DNA from: an uncultured Gemmatimonadales bacterium | GTDB lineage: Bacteria > Gemmatimonadota > Gemmatimonadetes > Gemmatimonadales > GWC2-71-9 | Direction: 5' to 3' | Length of the DNA stretch: 64,000 nucleotides | NCBI GenBank assembly: GCA_963795085.1 | Contig: CAWCFX010000006.1 | Coordinates: forward strand, 576,001 to 640,000 | Part shown: piece by piece, positions 56,493 through 64,000 of the stretch | How positions within the stretch are numbered: position 1 is the stretch's first letter | How the letters are laid out: every line of letters begins with the position of its first letter | The notes under the pieces: model-generated | Told to the model about the DNA's origin: nothing | What the model saw: the letters and a program-made list of their open reading frames with translations, nothing else | Databases searched by the model: none | Position numbers and translations under genes: made by a program

Positions 56493-57440
56493 TCAGCTGC
56501 CGCTGACGTACCAGTTGTCGACCCACTGGAACATGTCGAACGGCACGGGATTCGTCCCTCCGCCATAGGTCGGATTCCACGTGAGGCCGATGAACTTGGG
56601 GGTCTGGCCAGCGTGGAAGTATTGGACATCCGCCACGTTCAGCACCTGGTTGCCGTCCACCCAGATCCGGGCCACACCGTCCTGCTTGCCCTTCGTGTTC
56701 GCCAGGAAAAGAAACTCGAACTTGTGCCACTCGTCTCCGTAGTTCATCGTCTTCCACGTGCTCTTCATCTGCCGGTTGAGCTTGAGGTTGGAGCTCTGAA
56801 GATGGACGCCGAGTTCGGGGGTGAGATTGAAATAGTGATTGATACTGCTGGATCCCGACCAGTACGGAGACAGCAGGAACCCGAACTTGACGTTGGCATT
56901 CTTATTGTTTGTAAAATTGGAACTCAGCTTGTGCCACATGCATTGATAGACCCTGGTCACGTTCCGGCCGAACTTGAGCTCCAGGTTGAACGGGCCGGTG
57001 CCGCCCCTTACGCCCTTGGCGAACTTACCCTCCATGATCTTGCTCGGCGAACCTGGGGCGCCGGCATCGGTCCGGATGGTCAGCCGGGACTGGACCGAGG
57101 TAGAGTTGCGCCAGCCGTAAGGATCGAGCACCGGCGGAAGCGGAGGAATGGCATTCCAGGGTTGGTTCGTGAAGGTCGTATAGCCCGCGGGCTCATTGGT
57201 GCAGCCAGTCGCGTTCACGGTCGTCAGAGCAAAGGGCGTGAGAGCAGAAAGGCCATTGATTCCCGGATCGCCAAAATTCTCAACGCGGCCATCCTCTTGC
57301 CCCGCCCCACCACCCCCGAGTCGCGGGTCACTGGGTGATAAAAACCCACCCTGGTCAGAGCATCCAACAGTGAAAACGCCGGCGAGGACCAGCACATGGG
57401 CCTGCGCCAGGCGGCGGGAAAGTCGATAGGTGAATGCCAT
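56493..57440 (-). CDS. Lipoprotein with a stand-alone WNPTYGGG lyase/lectin-like domain
   Basis: Lipobox TVG-C; AGGAG RBS; CTNEPAG...NVKFGF...NHYFNLT...WNPTYGGG.NPVP. Confidence 0.85.
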   Translation of the reverse strand: MAFTYRLSRRLAQAHVLVLAGVFTVGCSDQGGFLSPSDPRLGGGGAGQEDGRVENFGDPGINGLSALTPFALTTVNATGCTNEPAGYTTFTNQPWNAIPPLPPVLDPYGWRNSTSVQSRLTIRTDAGAPGSPSKIMEGKFAKGVRGGTGPFNLELKFGRNVTRVYQCMWHKLSSNFTNNKNANVKFGFLLSPYWSGSSSINHYFNLTPELGVHLQSSNLKLNRQMKSTWKTMNYGDEWHKFEFLFLANTKGKQDGVARIWVDGNQVLNVADVQYFHAGQTPKFIGLTWNPTYGGGTNPVPFDMFQWVDNWYVSGS

Positions 57441-57763
57441 CAGAGTTCTCCTGGGTGTGCTCGCACCCCCGGGAGGCTGGGCATGGCCAGAACCCCGCCG
57501 GCAAAGGCGCGAGTAAACAGTTGTCGTGTGTGTTGGTAGAGAAACGCTGGGTGAGACGCGTCCTGAAGGACTGCAAATACCCCCGCTCCAGAATCAGGCC
57601 CGTTGGCCATCTGACCAAGGCCCGTGCTACAAGCTCAGTCTGTGTTGCCCCCCCTGTTCAAGTTCTTGTGCTCAGCACCGCGGTGCTTCGGTATCGGAGC
57701 GCACAAGCTAACACGTTGATTGACAAGGGGAAATACTGAGTTTTTCTACAGAAGTGATTCAAA

Positions 57764-58966
57764 TCACACAAATGTGTCGTTAAATTTTTCGATAGGAGCT
57801 GCCCTGAGTTGAACGGTCATCCAATTCACAATTCTTTCCCGGTCTACAGGCCCCAGCAGCCCATGCACGGGAACCGTGATCAGTGATGCCACCAGGCACT
57901 CGGCACCCGGAAACCGCTCTGCGGTATCGCTGCTCAGACTCAGTGCATTCAGGACTTTGGGGTAGCCCGGCATGATGCCGAGCGCGGCGCCCGAAGCGGC
58001 GGCCCGCGCCGGTGCATCTTCGCCCAGCGCGGGCAGCCGAAGGTAGCCGGACCGGCCGATCCCTCCCCCGGGAAACCGAATGGATTCGCCCAGCTGGCTC
58101 CGGAACCACTCTGCATTGGCCCGCCTCCGGTCCGCCTCCGCCCACACCAGGCCCGCCGTTGCCCTGAGAATCCCGGCCGCCGCGCTGGAGATCCCAGCTG
58201 GCGCCTCCGGCTCCCGGTAGACGGTCTCCCCCAGCCGCAGGAAGGGAAGCGAGGCCGGGATGCCGTAAAGCGCCGGGCGGGCCAGTGTACACTGAACCAT
58301 GGCGGCGGCCAGGGTCCGGACTTCCCCCGGGCCCGCTCCCAGCTGCGGCGAAAGCGCCAGGAGCGCTTCCTGCCCGGCGGGGGTATTGGGAAGCAACGCT
58401 CCGCCGCCTCCACCGGTGAGTCCCTTGCCCCGCCCGAACGAGAGCACGCCCAGGTCGCCCAGGGCGCCCAGCGGTCGCTCGTCAATGCTGCCCCCGATGC
58501 CCTGGGCCGCGTCCTCGATCAAGAGGATACCGGCGCCCTCGGCGAGCCGCCGGATAGGCCGCAGGTCCACGGGGATGCCGTACAAATGGACGATGACGAT
58601 TGCGCTTACCCCCGCCGCCACCGCTGCCTCGACGGAGGCCGGGTGGGGAGCCAGGGTGCGCGGGTCCAGGTCGTACCAGCGGACCGGGACGCCCGCCCCC
58701 TGGGCCGACGTCACCAAATCAAAACAGCCCCAGGCCGGCAGCGCCACTGGCAATCCGAGCCGGCGGTAGACGGCCAGGAGGGCCAGGGACAGCGCCGCGG
58801 TCCCGCTGGAGGTAAGCAGCGGCCGGCCGACGGCGAACTCCCGCTCGAGCCACTGGGAGAGGGCGCGGCGGGCAGCCGGTCCGCCGCCCAGGAGCGCGCG
58901 CACCCCGGTCCAGAGCGCCCCGGCCGGCAGCGGCGAATACACCGGGAGCTGGCGGCGAAGGCTCAC
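57764..58966 (-). CDS. DegT/DnrJ/EryC1/StrS-family PLP aminotransferase
   Basis: SSGTAAL, VHLYGIP, IEDAAQ and LSFGRGKGL (Schiff-base Lys) motifs; GTGA coupling. Confidence 0.88.
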   Translation of the reverse strand: MSLRRQLPVYSPLPAGALWTGVRALLGGGPAARRALSQWLEREFAVGRPLLTSSGTAALSLALLAVYRRLGLPVALPAWGCFDLVTSAQGAGVPVRWYDLDPRTLAPHPASVEAAVAAGVSAIVIVHLYGIPVDLRPIRRLAEGAGILLIEDAAQGIGGSIDERPLGALGDLGVLSFGRGKGLTGGGGGALLPNTPAGQEALLALSPQLGAGPGEVRTLAAAMVQCTLARPALYGIPASLPFLRLGETVYREPEAPAGISSAAAGILRATAGLVWAEADRRRANAEWFRSQLGESIRFPGGGIGRSGYLRLPALGEDAPARAAASGAALGIMPGYPKVLNALSLSSDTAERFPGAECLVASLITVPVHGLLGPVDRERIVNWMTVQLRAAPIEKFNDTFV

Positions 58967-59988
58967 GGGATATACCGGACGATCCTGGGGCCGAGCCGGG
59001 TGGCGAGGGGGAGGGGGAGGTGCTTCCAGAGGCGGGGTCCCCAACTGAAGGCGCCTTCGTCGGGAGACGGGGTGGCCGCCGGCTCGCCTTCCCGGGTGTG
59101 CTGGTACCAGTGCAACTGCTCGTCCCGGGATCCCCATTGCCGCTTGAACCGGTGGGTGCCGCCATCGGGCGTGCAGCGCCCGAAGTTGAAAATGGCGAGC
59201 CTCCGCTCGATCGCCCGCTCCATGAACGACCAGTACAGCAGCATGTTGGGGGCGATCCGGTTGAACTCGGCGAGCGAGGAGGCCCAGGTCATCTCGAATT
59301 CGCTCTCCCAGACAAACCCGGCCCCGCAGGCGACCGGCCGCCCATCGAGCCAGGCGCAGCCGAACCAGGCGTCCTCGGCGAACTCCCGGGAGATGGCCTG
59401 AAAGAACCGGAGCGGCAGGGTGGGAGTCCCCAGGTCGCGCATGTGGCGGGAGAAGACCGCGAAGAACGGCTCGACCTGGTCGGGCCCGAAGCGCACCGTC
59501 ACCCCCTCCTTCTGGGGCCGGCGTACCTGGCTGCGCACCTTGGCGGGAATCCGCTTGAAAAGCTCGTCGGCGGTGGCGGGGAGGTCCAGCACCACGGTGA
59601 CCTTCCGGTGGGAGACGGGAAGGTCCACCGGCAGCGGCACCCGGCTCCGGAGCTCCAGCAGCCGGGCCCCGCTGGACTGGGCCAGCCGCACGGCCGCAGC
59701 CGCGAGGAGGCCCACCGCGTCGGCGCCGCCGAGGGGGCCGCCGTAGTTGAGGAACGGCATGGACACGAGGAAGTGGCCGAAGATCGCGCTCTTCACCCGC
59801 ACCAGCGGCAGGACGCCAGCGAGCCGGCCAGACTCGTCCCGGGCCGCGAGATAGGGGCAGGAGTGGCCAAACACCTCGCGAATGACCGTGCGCCAGCCCA
59901 GCAGGTGAAAGTGGGTGAAGCCCGGCTGGGACCGGGCAAACTCGTCCCAGGCCGCAGCGGGGCCTTCGTAGGGCGCGACGGTCAGCAT
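58963..59988 (-). CDS. FemAB-related protein, PEP-CTERM/XrtA system-associated
   Basis: GVLPLV..KS.IFG.FLVSMPFLNYGG, MRDLGTP, PNMLLYW, FNFGR, FKRQWG and WKHLPL motifs. Alternative start at 60012. Confidence 0.92.
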   Translation of the reverse strand: MLTVAPYEGPAAAWDEFARSQPGFTHFHLLGWRTVIREVFGHSCPYLAARDESGRLAGVLPLVRVKSAIFGHFLVSMPFLNYGGPLGGADAVGLLAAAAVRLAQSSGARLLELRSRVPLPVDLPVSHRKVTVVLDLPATADELFKRIPAKVRSQVRRPQKEGVTVRFGPDQVEPFFAVFSRHMRDLGTPTLPLRFFQAISREFAEDAWFGCAWLDGRPVACGAGFVWESEFEMTWASSLAEFNRIAPNMLLYWSFMERAIERRLAIFNFGRCTPDGGTHRFKRQWGSRDEQLHWYQHTREGEPAATPSPDEGAFSWGPRLWKHLPLPLATRLGPRIVRYIP

Positions 59989-60869
59989 CCGGTCGTGAGC
60001 GCTTTCGACCATTGAAACGCCGGGGCCCCGGCGCCATCGGCGCCGAACCGGCGGGCCACCGAAGTGAATGAGAAATCGTCCAGGAGCTGCTCCAGACGGG
60101 ACAAGGTGCGATGCAGGCCGGAATAATGGCGCAACCGGGAAACCAGGCCCACCGGAAGGCGGGGCTGCCCGGGATCCACTTCCCAGGGGTGGATGTAAAA
60201 CATGCCGCTGGTGCCGGCCGCGGTGAGGCGGCGGAATGCGGAACGGATCACCGGGTACGGGAACTGGCGGAAGTAGCCGCCGCCCGCGGCGGGGAGCCGC
60301 AGCCCGCCGAGGGTGAACGTGGCGAGCGGCAGTTCCAGCAAATTCCCGGCTGGCCGGGTGATATAGTGCGGGCTCGTTCCGGCGCCGGGGTATCCATACC
60401 CGGGCCGCCGGATGGGGAAGAGACTGGAGTCGTAGCCATAGCCCTCTTCCAGGAGGGCATCGAATGCCCACTCCAAGCCCGGCACGATGGAAAAGCTGGG
60501 GGCCCGGAACCCGAAGACCGGTTGCCCGCTCACGTCCTCGAGGATCGCCCGGGAGGAGCGGAGATCCTCGCGAAACTCTGCCGGCGAGAGCTCGGTTACC
60601 CGGCGGTGCCACCACCCGTGTGAGGCGATCTCGTGGCCGGCCGCCGCGATCCGGCGGACCACCCCGGGGCGGCGGTCCGCGACCCATCCCAGGGTAAAGA
60701 AGGTGCCGGTGACGTTTCGCCGCTCCAGCAGTTCGAGGATGATATCCACGTTGCGCTCGACCCGGGTGGTATAGCCGTCCCAGGTGGACCGGGGCACCCG
60801 GCCTTCGAACGCGTTGACCTGGAAATAATCCTCCACGTCAACCGTGAAGAGATGGGAGGGTGCGGTCAT
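59982..60869 (-). CDS. XrtA/PEP-CTERM-system polysaccharide deacetylase
   Basis: TVDVEDYFQV.AF, TFFTLGWVA, HEIASHG, FRAPSFSI, AGGGYFR and YIHPWEVDPGQPR motifs. Confidence 0.92.
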   Translation of the reverse strand: MTAPSHLFTVDVEDYFQVNAFEGRVPRSTWDGYTTRVERNVDIILELLERRNVTGTFFTLGWVADRRPGVVRRIAAAGHEIASHGWWHRRVTELSPAEFREDLRSSRAILEDVSGQPVFGFRAPSFSIVPGLEWAFDALLEEGYGYDSSLFPIRRPGYGYPGAGTSPHYITRPAGNLLELPLATFTLGGLRLPAAGGGYFRQFPYPVIRSAFRRLTAAGTSGMFYIHPWEVDPGQPRLPVGLVSRLRHYSGLHRTLSRLEQLLDDFSFTSVARRFGADGAGAPAFQWSKALTTGC

Positions 60870-60881
60870 GCGGCGGCGTGA

Positions 60882-60897
60882 TGCAACAGGGATGCCC
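60882..60897 (-). promoter_or_regulatory. sigma-54 promoter candidate (near-leaderless transcript)
   Basis: GGGCATCCCTGTTGCA; GG-N10-GC; lies downstream of the PEP-CTERM gene terminator. Confidence 0.6.
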
Positions 60898-60955
60898 GGG
60901 CTCGAGTCAGGCGAAACTTAGGGGTGTGGGTCCGGGAGCCCAATACATGAACAGG

Positions 60956-60991
60956 AAAAAAGCCCCGGCCGCCAGTGGCGACCGGGGCTTT
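60956..60991 (-). terminator. Rho-independent terminator after the PEP-CTERM gene
   Basis: Minus strand AAAGCCCCGGTCGCC-ACT-GGCGGCCGGGGC-TTTTTT. Confidence 0.85.
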
Positions 60992-61014
60992 CCCGAGAGA
61001 GACTGCGGTGAAGC

Positions 61015-61779
61015 TTACGACAGCTGGTTCTTGTTCTTCCGGCGGCGCATGAAGCCAGCGCCACCCATCCCGGCCAGGCCGGTCGCCAGGAGCGTCATGG
61101 TGACGGGTTCCGGGGTCACGGTCACGCAGGTCGCGGGACGGCCGGACGGGCTGGTATCGGTCCAGCACTCGGTCACTTCGTTGGTCACGCCGTCGTAGGC
61201 CCGGAAGCTGATGGCCGACTGGGACGGATCCCAGGACCCGCCGGTGATCTGGAAGTTGAACGTCACCCAGTTCGCGCTGTTGCCGAAATTGGCGTTACAG
61301 GGATTCTGGTAGAGGTTCGGGGGCGTACCCGGAAGCTGGCCGGAGGTGGCGCAACCGCTCGAGATGCCGCCGTTGTTCCGGCTGGTCGCCGCCCGGTAGT
61401 CCACCGCGAACGCGACGCTGCCGAAGTTCTTGAGGTTCCAGCCGGTCGGGTTGTCGGTGCCGCGCACCGGGCCCGAAACGGAAAGGGAGTTGGTCACCAC
61501 CTGGACGCCGGCCGGGATGTTGAAGAACCCGATGCCGTTGACGATGGAGCCGGCGTTGCTGCCAGCGGCCTGGCCGTAGGTGCCGGCCAGGTTGCCGGAC
61601 AGGTTCCAAACCTTCATGGTGACATTGCTGCCCACCACGGTGATCTCGACCGCCGCGCAGGTCTTGAAGGTATCGCCGCCGCAGAAGCGGTACGACTGGA
61701 ACCCGTTGGCCCACGCCGGCGTGGCGCTGACGAGCGCCAGGGCGCCGACTGCACTAAGAACCGCTCCGAACTTTTTCAT
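61015..61779 (-). CDS. PEP-CTERM sorting-domain surface protein
   Basis: Signal peptide MKKFGAVL...AWA; GAGGGAG RBS; N/S/T/G-rich body; tail VTPEPVTMTLLATGLAGMGGAGFMRRRKNK. Confidence 0.95.
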   Translation of the reverse strand: MKKFGAVLSAVGALALVSATPAWANGFQSYRFCGGDTFKTCAAVEITVVGSNVTMKVWNLSGNLAGTYGQAAGSNAGSIVNGIGFFNIPAGVQVVTNSLSVSGPVRGTDNPTGWNLKNFGSVAFAVDYRAATSRNNGGISSGCATSGQLPGTPPNLYQNPCNANFGNSANWVTFNFQITGGSWDPSQSAISFRAYDGVTNEVTECWTDTSPSGRPATCVTVTPEPVTMTLLATGLAGMGGAGFMRRRKNKNQLS

Positions 61780-61814
61780 ATGAACTCCCTCTCGGGGTGA
61801 TTTAAGCCGTACTG

Positions 61815-62318
61815 TTAGGGACTTCTCAAACTCTTCAACGACACCACTGCGATCCAGGCCAACAACAGCGGGTAGGCCACCAGCTGAACGCTGGTCTTGC
61901 TGATCGCCCTGCGGATGCCCATCCGGGTGGTAGGATCGGTAACCGATCCGAGGGCCTCGCCTACCTGGGGCAGATACAGCGCGGCGCACACCAGCACCAG
62001 CACGATGACCAGGACCACTACCGCGAGCATCGTGCGAACCAGCCAGGTGCGGCCCCGCGCCAACCCCGACACCAGCAGCAGAATCAGGCCCAGCATCAGG
62101 ATCGGAAAACTATTGAGCGTGGCTGTGACAGTGCCGAACTTCCACTCCGCATTGCCAAAGTTTGGGGGGTACCAGGCCAGGAGAAGATCGAACCCTCCCA
62201 CCAGCACGAATACCAGCCCCAACCCGCCCAGCAGATACCAACCCAACTCCGGTGTCGGTTCGGCCCCCTTTTGCCGGGTCTTGGCCTCATCCCGAACCAG
62301 TATCCTCGGGGCGCTCAC
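61815..62318 (-). CDS. 4-TM membrane protein, HpsJ-like
   Basis: DLLLAWYPPNFGNAEWKFGTVTATLNSFPILMLGL; paralogue of 62530-63009. Confidence 0.65.
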   Translation of the reverse strand: MSAPRILVRDEAKTRQKGAEPTPELGWYLLGGLGLVFVLVGGFDLLLAWYPPNFGNAEWKFGTVTATLNSFPILMLGLILLLVSGLARGRTWLVRTMLAVVVLVIVLVLVCAALYLPQVGEALGSVTDPTTRMGIRRAISKTSVQLVAYPLLLAWIAVVSLKSLRSP

Positions 62319-62359
62319 TGCACCACCTCACCGTGTACTGCGGCCTCGCGCATCATCAT

Positions 62360-62375
62360 AGCACATCCCGGGCCA
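62360..62375 (-). promoter_or_regulatory. sigma-54 promoter with upstream AT-rich IHF-like site and TTTACA box
   Basis: TGGCCCGGGATGTGCT. Upstream on the minus strand are TATCAATTTCTTT (IHF-like) and TTTACA (62400-62405). Confidence 0.65.
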
Positions 62376-62529
62376 ATGGTTTGAAAGAAATTGATACAGT
62401 GTAAATCATTGTCAGTAAAAGATTTAAACGCCCTCAAAATCTGGTCATTTATCACAATCGGCTACTCCCTGTTGTGGCAACGCCGCAGCAGAACCCCTCG
62501 GAAACAACGCCAGGGCTCCCAGAGTGGGT

Positions 62530-63009
62530 TTAAGAGCGGCGGCCGGCCCCGGCGTTCTTGAGCATGAATACGCCGAACCAGAGAAAGGCGATCGGATAGA
62601 TGGCCGACTGGATGGCCCCCTTCACCACGGCCTTCTTCATCCCGGTCTGCATAGGGCTCCCCGGGTTCATGCGCAGGGCCTGGGGAAGATTGGTGGAATA
62701 GAGGAAGGCTCCCGCCAGCACGAAGAGCGCGAGCAGCACGAAGACAATCCCCAGCACCCGGGCCAGGACCGTCATGGACCGGGTGACGGCGTAGGCGCCG
62801 AGGAAGCCCAGCCCCATGAGAAAGAGTGGCATGCTGTCCATCACGCTGCTGTAGGTGCCGAACTCCCATTCCGGACTCCCCAGCGCCATGGGAAAAATCT
62901 GGGTGACCAGTTCGGCGCCGCCGATCACGGCGAACATGACACCGGTGAGCCCGACGATGGTAAAAGGGTCCAGCATCCGCGCCTTAACCGCAGCTGTCGC
63001 AGCCGTCAT
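62530..63009 (-). CDS. 4-TM membrane protein, HpsJ-like
   Basis: ELVTQIFPMALGSPEWEFGTYSSVMDSMPLFLMGL...GMKKAVVKGAIQ. Confidence 0.65.
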   Translation of the reverse strand: MTAATAAVKARMLDPFTIVGLTGVMFAVIGGAELVTQIFPMALGSPEWEFGTYSSVMDSMPLFLMGLGFLGAYAVTRSMTVLARVLGIVFVLLALFVLAGAFLYSTNLPQALRMNPGSPMQTGMKKAVVKGAIQSAIYPIAFLWFGVFMLKNAGAGRRS

Positions 63010-63072
63010 ACCGGGCGTACCTCGTTGAGGGGTGGGGCAACGATAACGCGCTGCCCCCAGGGTGGAAAGCGC

Positions 63073-63999
63073 TCAGGTGATCGTGACATCGGCCTGGTTC
63101 CGCGGCTTGAGGACCCAGGTACCGGAGCCGGTGGGGACCAGGATGCCCTTGGCCTGGACCGACTTCCCGGGGAGGAACAGGGCCCGCTGGAAGAAAGCGT
63201 CGCCATCGAGCACCATCAGCACCGGCCCGCTCCCATCGTCCACGGTGAACTGGAAGTTGGTTCCCACTGTCGCCGTGTCCGACTGGATGATCGCCCCGGT
63301 GACCTCCACCAGCGCGGCGTCCTGCGCGGTGGTATCGGCGATCCGGGCCTGCTGGGTGGTGATCGGGGTCGCGGGGGGTCCGCTGAACGCGAGCCGGTAC
63401 ACGGTGACGACCGCGTTGTCGAGGACCGGCTGTCCCGCCCGGGCCGCCACCGTTCCGAGCACCCTGACGCTGTCACCCGCCTGGGTCGCCGGCCCGCCGT
63501 GCGAGGCGTTGGTGAGCCGGATGGCGACCCCGTTCTCGAGCACGAACCCAGTGGTGTCGCCGAAGACATTGAGGGGAGAGAGGATCATTCCCCTGACGAA
63601 GACCCGTTTTCCGGCGGCCGCCGTGCGGGCCTGGGCCACGGTCAGCGAGGGATATCCGAGCCGGACCGTGACCAGCTGCTGTTGCGCATTGCCGCTGAGA
63701 CGCACGGTAGCCGAATCAATGGCCTGGATCTCCATGGAGTCGGCCACCGTGTTGCTGTCCACTACGAAACGGTAGCTCCCGAAGGGCACGTTGCTGAAGG
63801 TCACATTGCCCAGGTCGTCGGTGAGCATGCTGAACATGGTGTCGGTGGTGCCGGCGACGACCAGTCCCAGCCGCACGCCGCCGAAGGCGGTGTCAGCGCC
63901 GCCCTGGGTGGGAGTCAGGTCGCCGTTCCGGTCCAGGTAGATGAATGCCGCGACGGTCCCGCTGCCCAGCGGCGCAAACCCGAGGTCCTCACCGGCATT
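63073..63999 (-). CDS. Exported protein with SdrD-B/carboxypeptidase-regulatory-like and OB-fold-like domains (5'-truncated by window)
   Basis: Frame is open to the window end (…FIYLDRNGDL…). TDDLG.VTFSNVP.GSY, FTVDDGSG and LKPRNQADV motifs. Confidence 0.65.
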   Translation of the reverse strand, partial: NAGEDLGFAPLGSGTVAAFIYLDRNGDLTPTQGGADTAFGGVRLGLVVAGTTDTMFSMLTDDLGNVTFSNVPFGSYRFVVDSNTVADSMEIQAIDSATVRLSGNAQQQLVTVRLGYPSLTVAQARTAAAGKRVFVRGMILSPLNVFGDTTGFVLENGVAIRLTNASHGGPATQAGDSVRVLGTVAARAGQPVLDNAVVTVYRLAFSGPPATPITTQQARIADTTAQDAALVEVTGAIIQSDTATVGTNFQFTVDDGSGPVLMVLDGDAFFQRALFLPGKSVQAKGILVPTGSGTWVLKPRNQADVTIT

Positions 64000-64000
64000 G

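Noticed and set aside
57441..57600. Possible c-di-GMP or other riboswitch in the long leader
   Set aside because: I could not identify the GEMM P1/P2 architecture by eye; an Rfam/Infernal scan would be needed.
57614..57629. sigma-54-like TAGCACGGGCCTTGGT upstream of the lyase-like lipoprotein
   Set aside because: Both invariant dinucleotides deviate (AG for GG, GG for GC).
62475..62490. Plus-strand TGGCAACGCCGCAGCA
   Set aside because: Spacing is right but it lacks the TT before GC and points antisense into a gene; probably chance.
100..63775. Many long alternative-frame and antisense ORFs (e.g. 25119-28316 +, 30063-32525 -, 14101-16146 -, 37765-39789 +)
   Set aside because: They are shadow ORFs of high-GC coding DNA: Arg/Pro/Gly-rich, motif-free, and overlapping well-supported genes.
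1..64000. rRNA, tRNA, transposase, integrase, prophage or defence genes
   Set aside because: No recognisable motifs; nearly all the sequence is accounted for by envelope-glycan genes.

Overview
GC-rich bacterial DNA, plausibly Gemmatimonadota. That placement is an inference from the VTPEP-type PEP-CTERM tail, the tandem-Ig lipoproteins and the short intergenic 7-8-mer repeats. Almost the whole 64 kb is one cell-surface glycan super-locus tied to a PEP-CTERM/exosortase-type system, with about 56 CDS. It encodes about 11 soluble GT2/GT4 domains, 3-4 multi-TM GT-C-type transferases, two flippases, an O-antigen ligase/polymerase-like protein and five polysaccharide-deacetylase domains. Tailoring enzymes include three sulfotransferases, a Thr-type membrane sulfatase-fold protein, a carbamoyltransferase with SxtJ- and DUF5989-like partners, AsnB, FemAB-like, DegT-like and acetyltransferase genes. 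There is also a ubiA-dprE1-dprE2 (polyprenyl-phospho-arabinose) trio and a PEP-CTERM protein. The least explained parts are: (i) a sigma-54-led operon of small protein, GT87, a YvcK/CofD::degenerate-GT2 fusion, HAD, nucleotidyltransferase and GT2; (ii) three exported paralogues sharing a ~215-aa lyase/lectin-like WNPTYGGG domain; (iii) two HpsJ-like membrane proteins before the PEP-CTERM gene; (iv) eight correctly spaced sigma-54 motifs, two of them directly back-to-back; (v) a nested MITE-like element, an octamer tandem repeat and a frameshifted GT4. I saw no rRNA, tRNA, CRISPR array, transposase or exosortase gene. All family calls are from motif recognition by eye; no database search was run.
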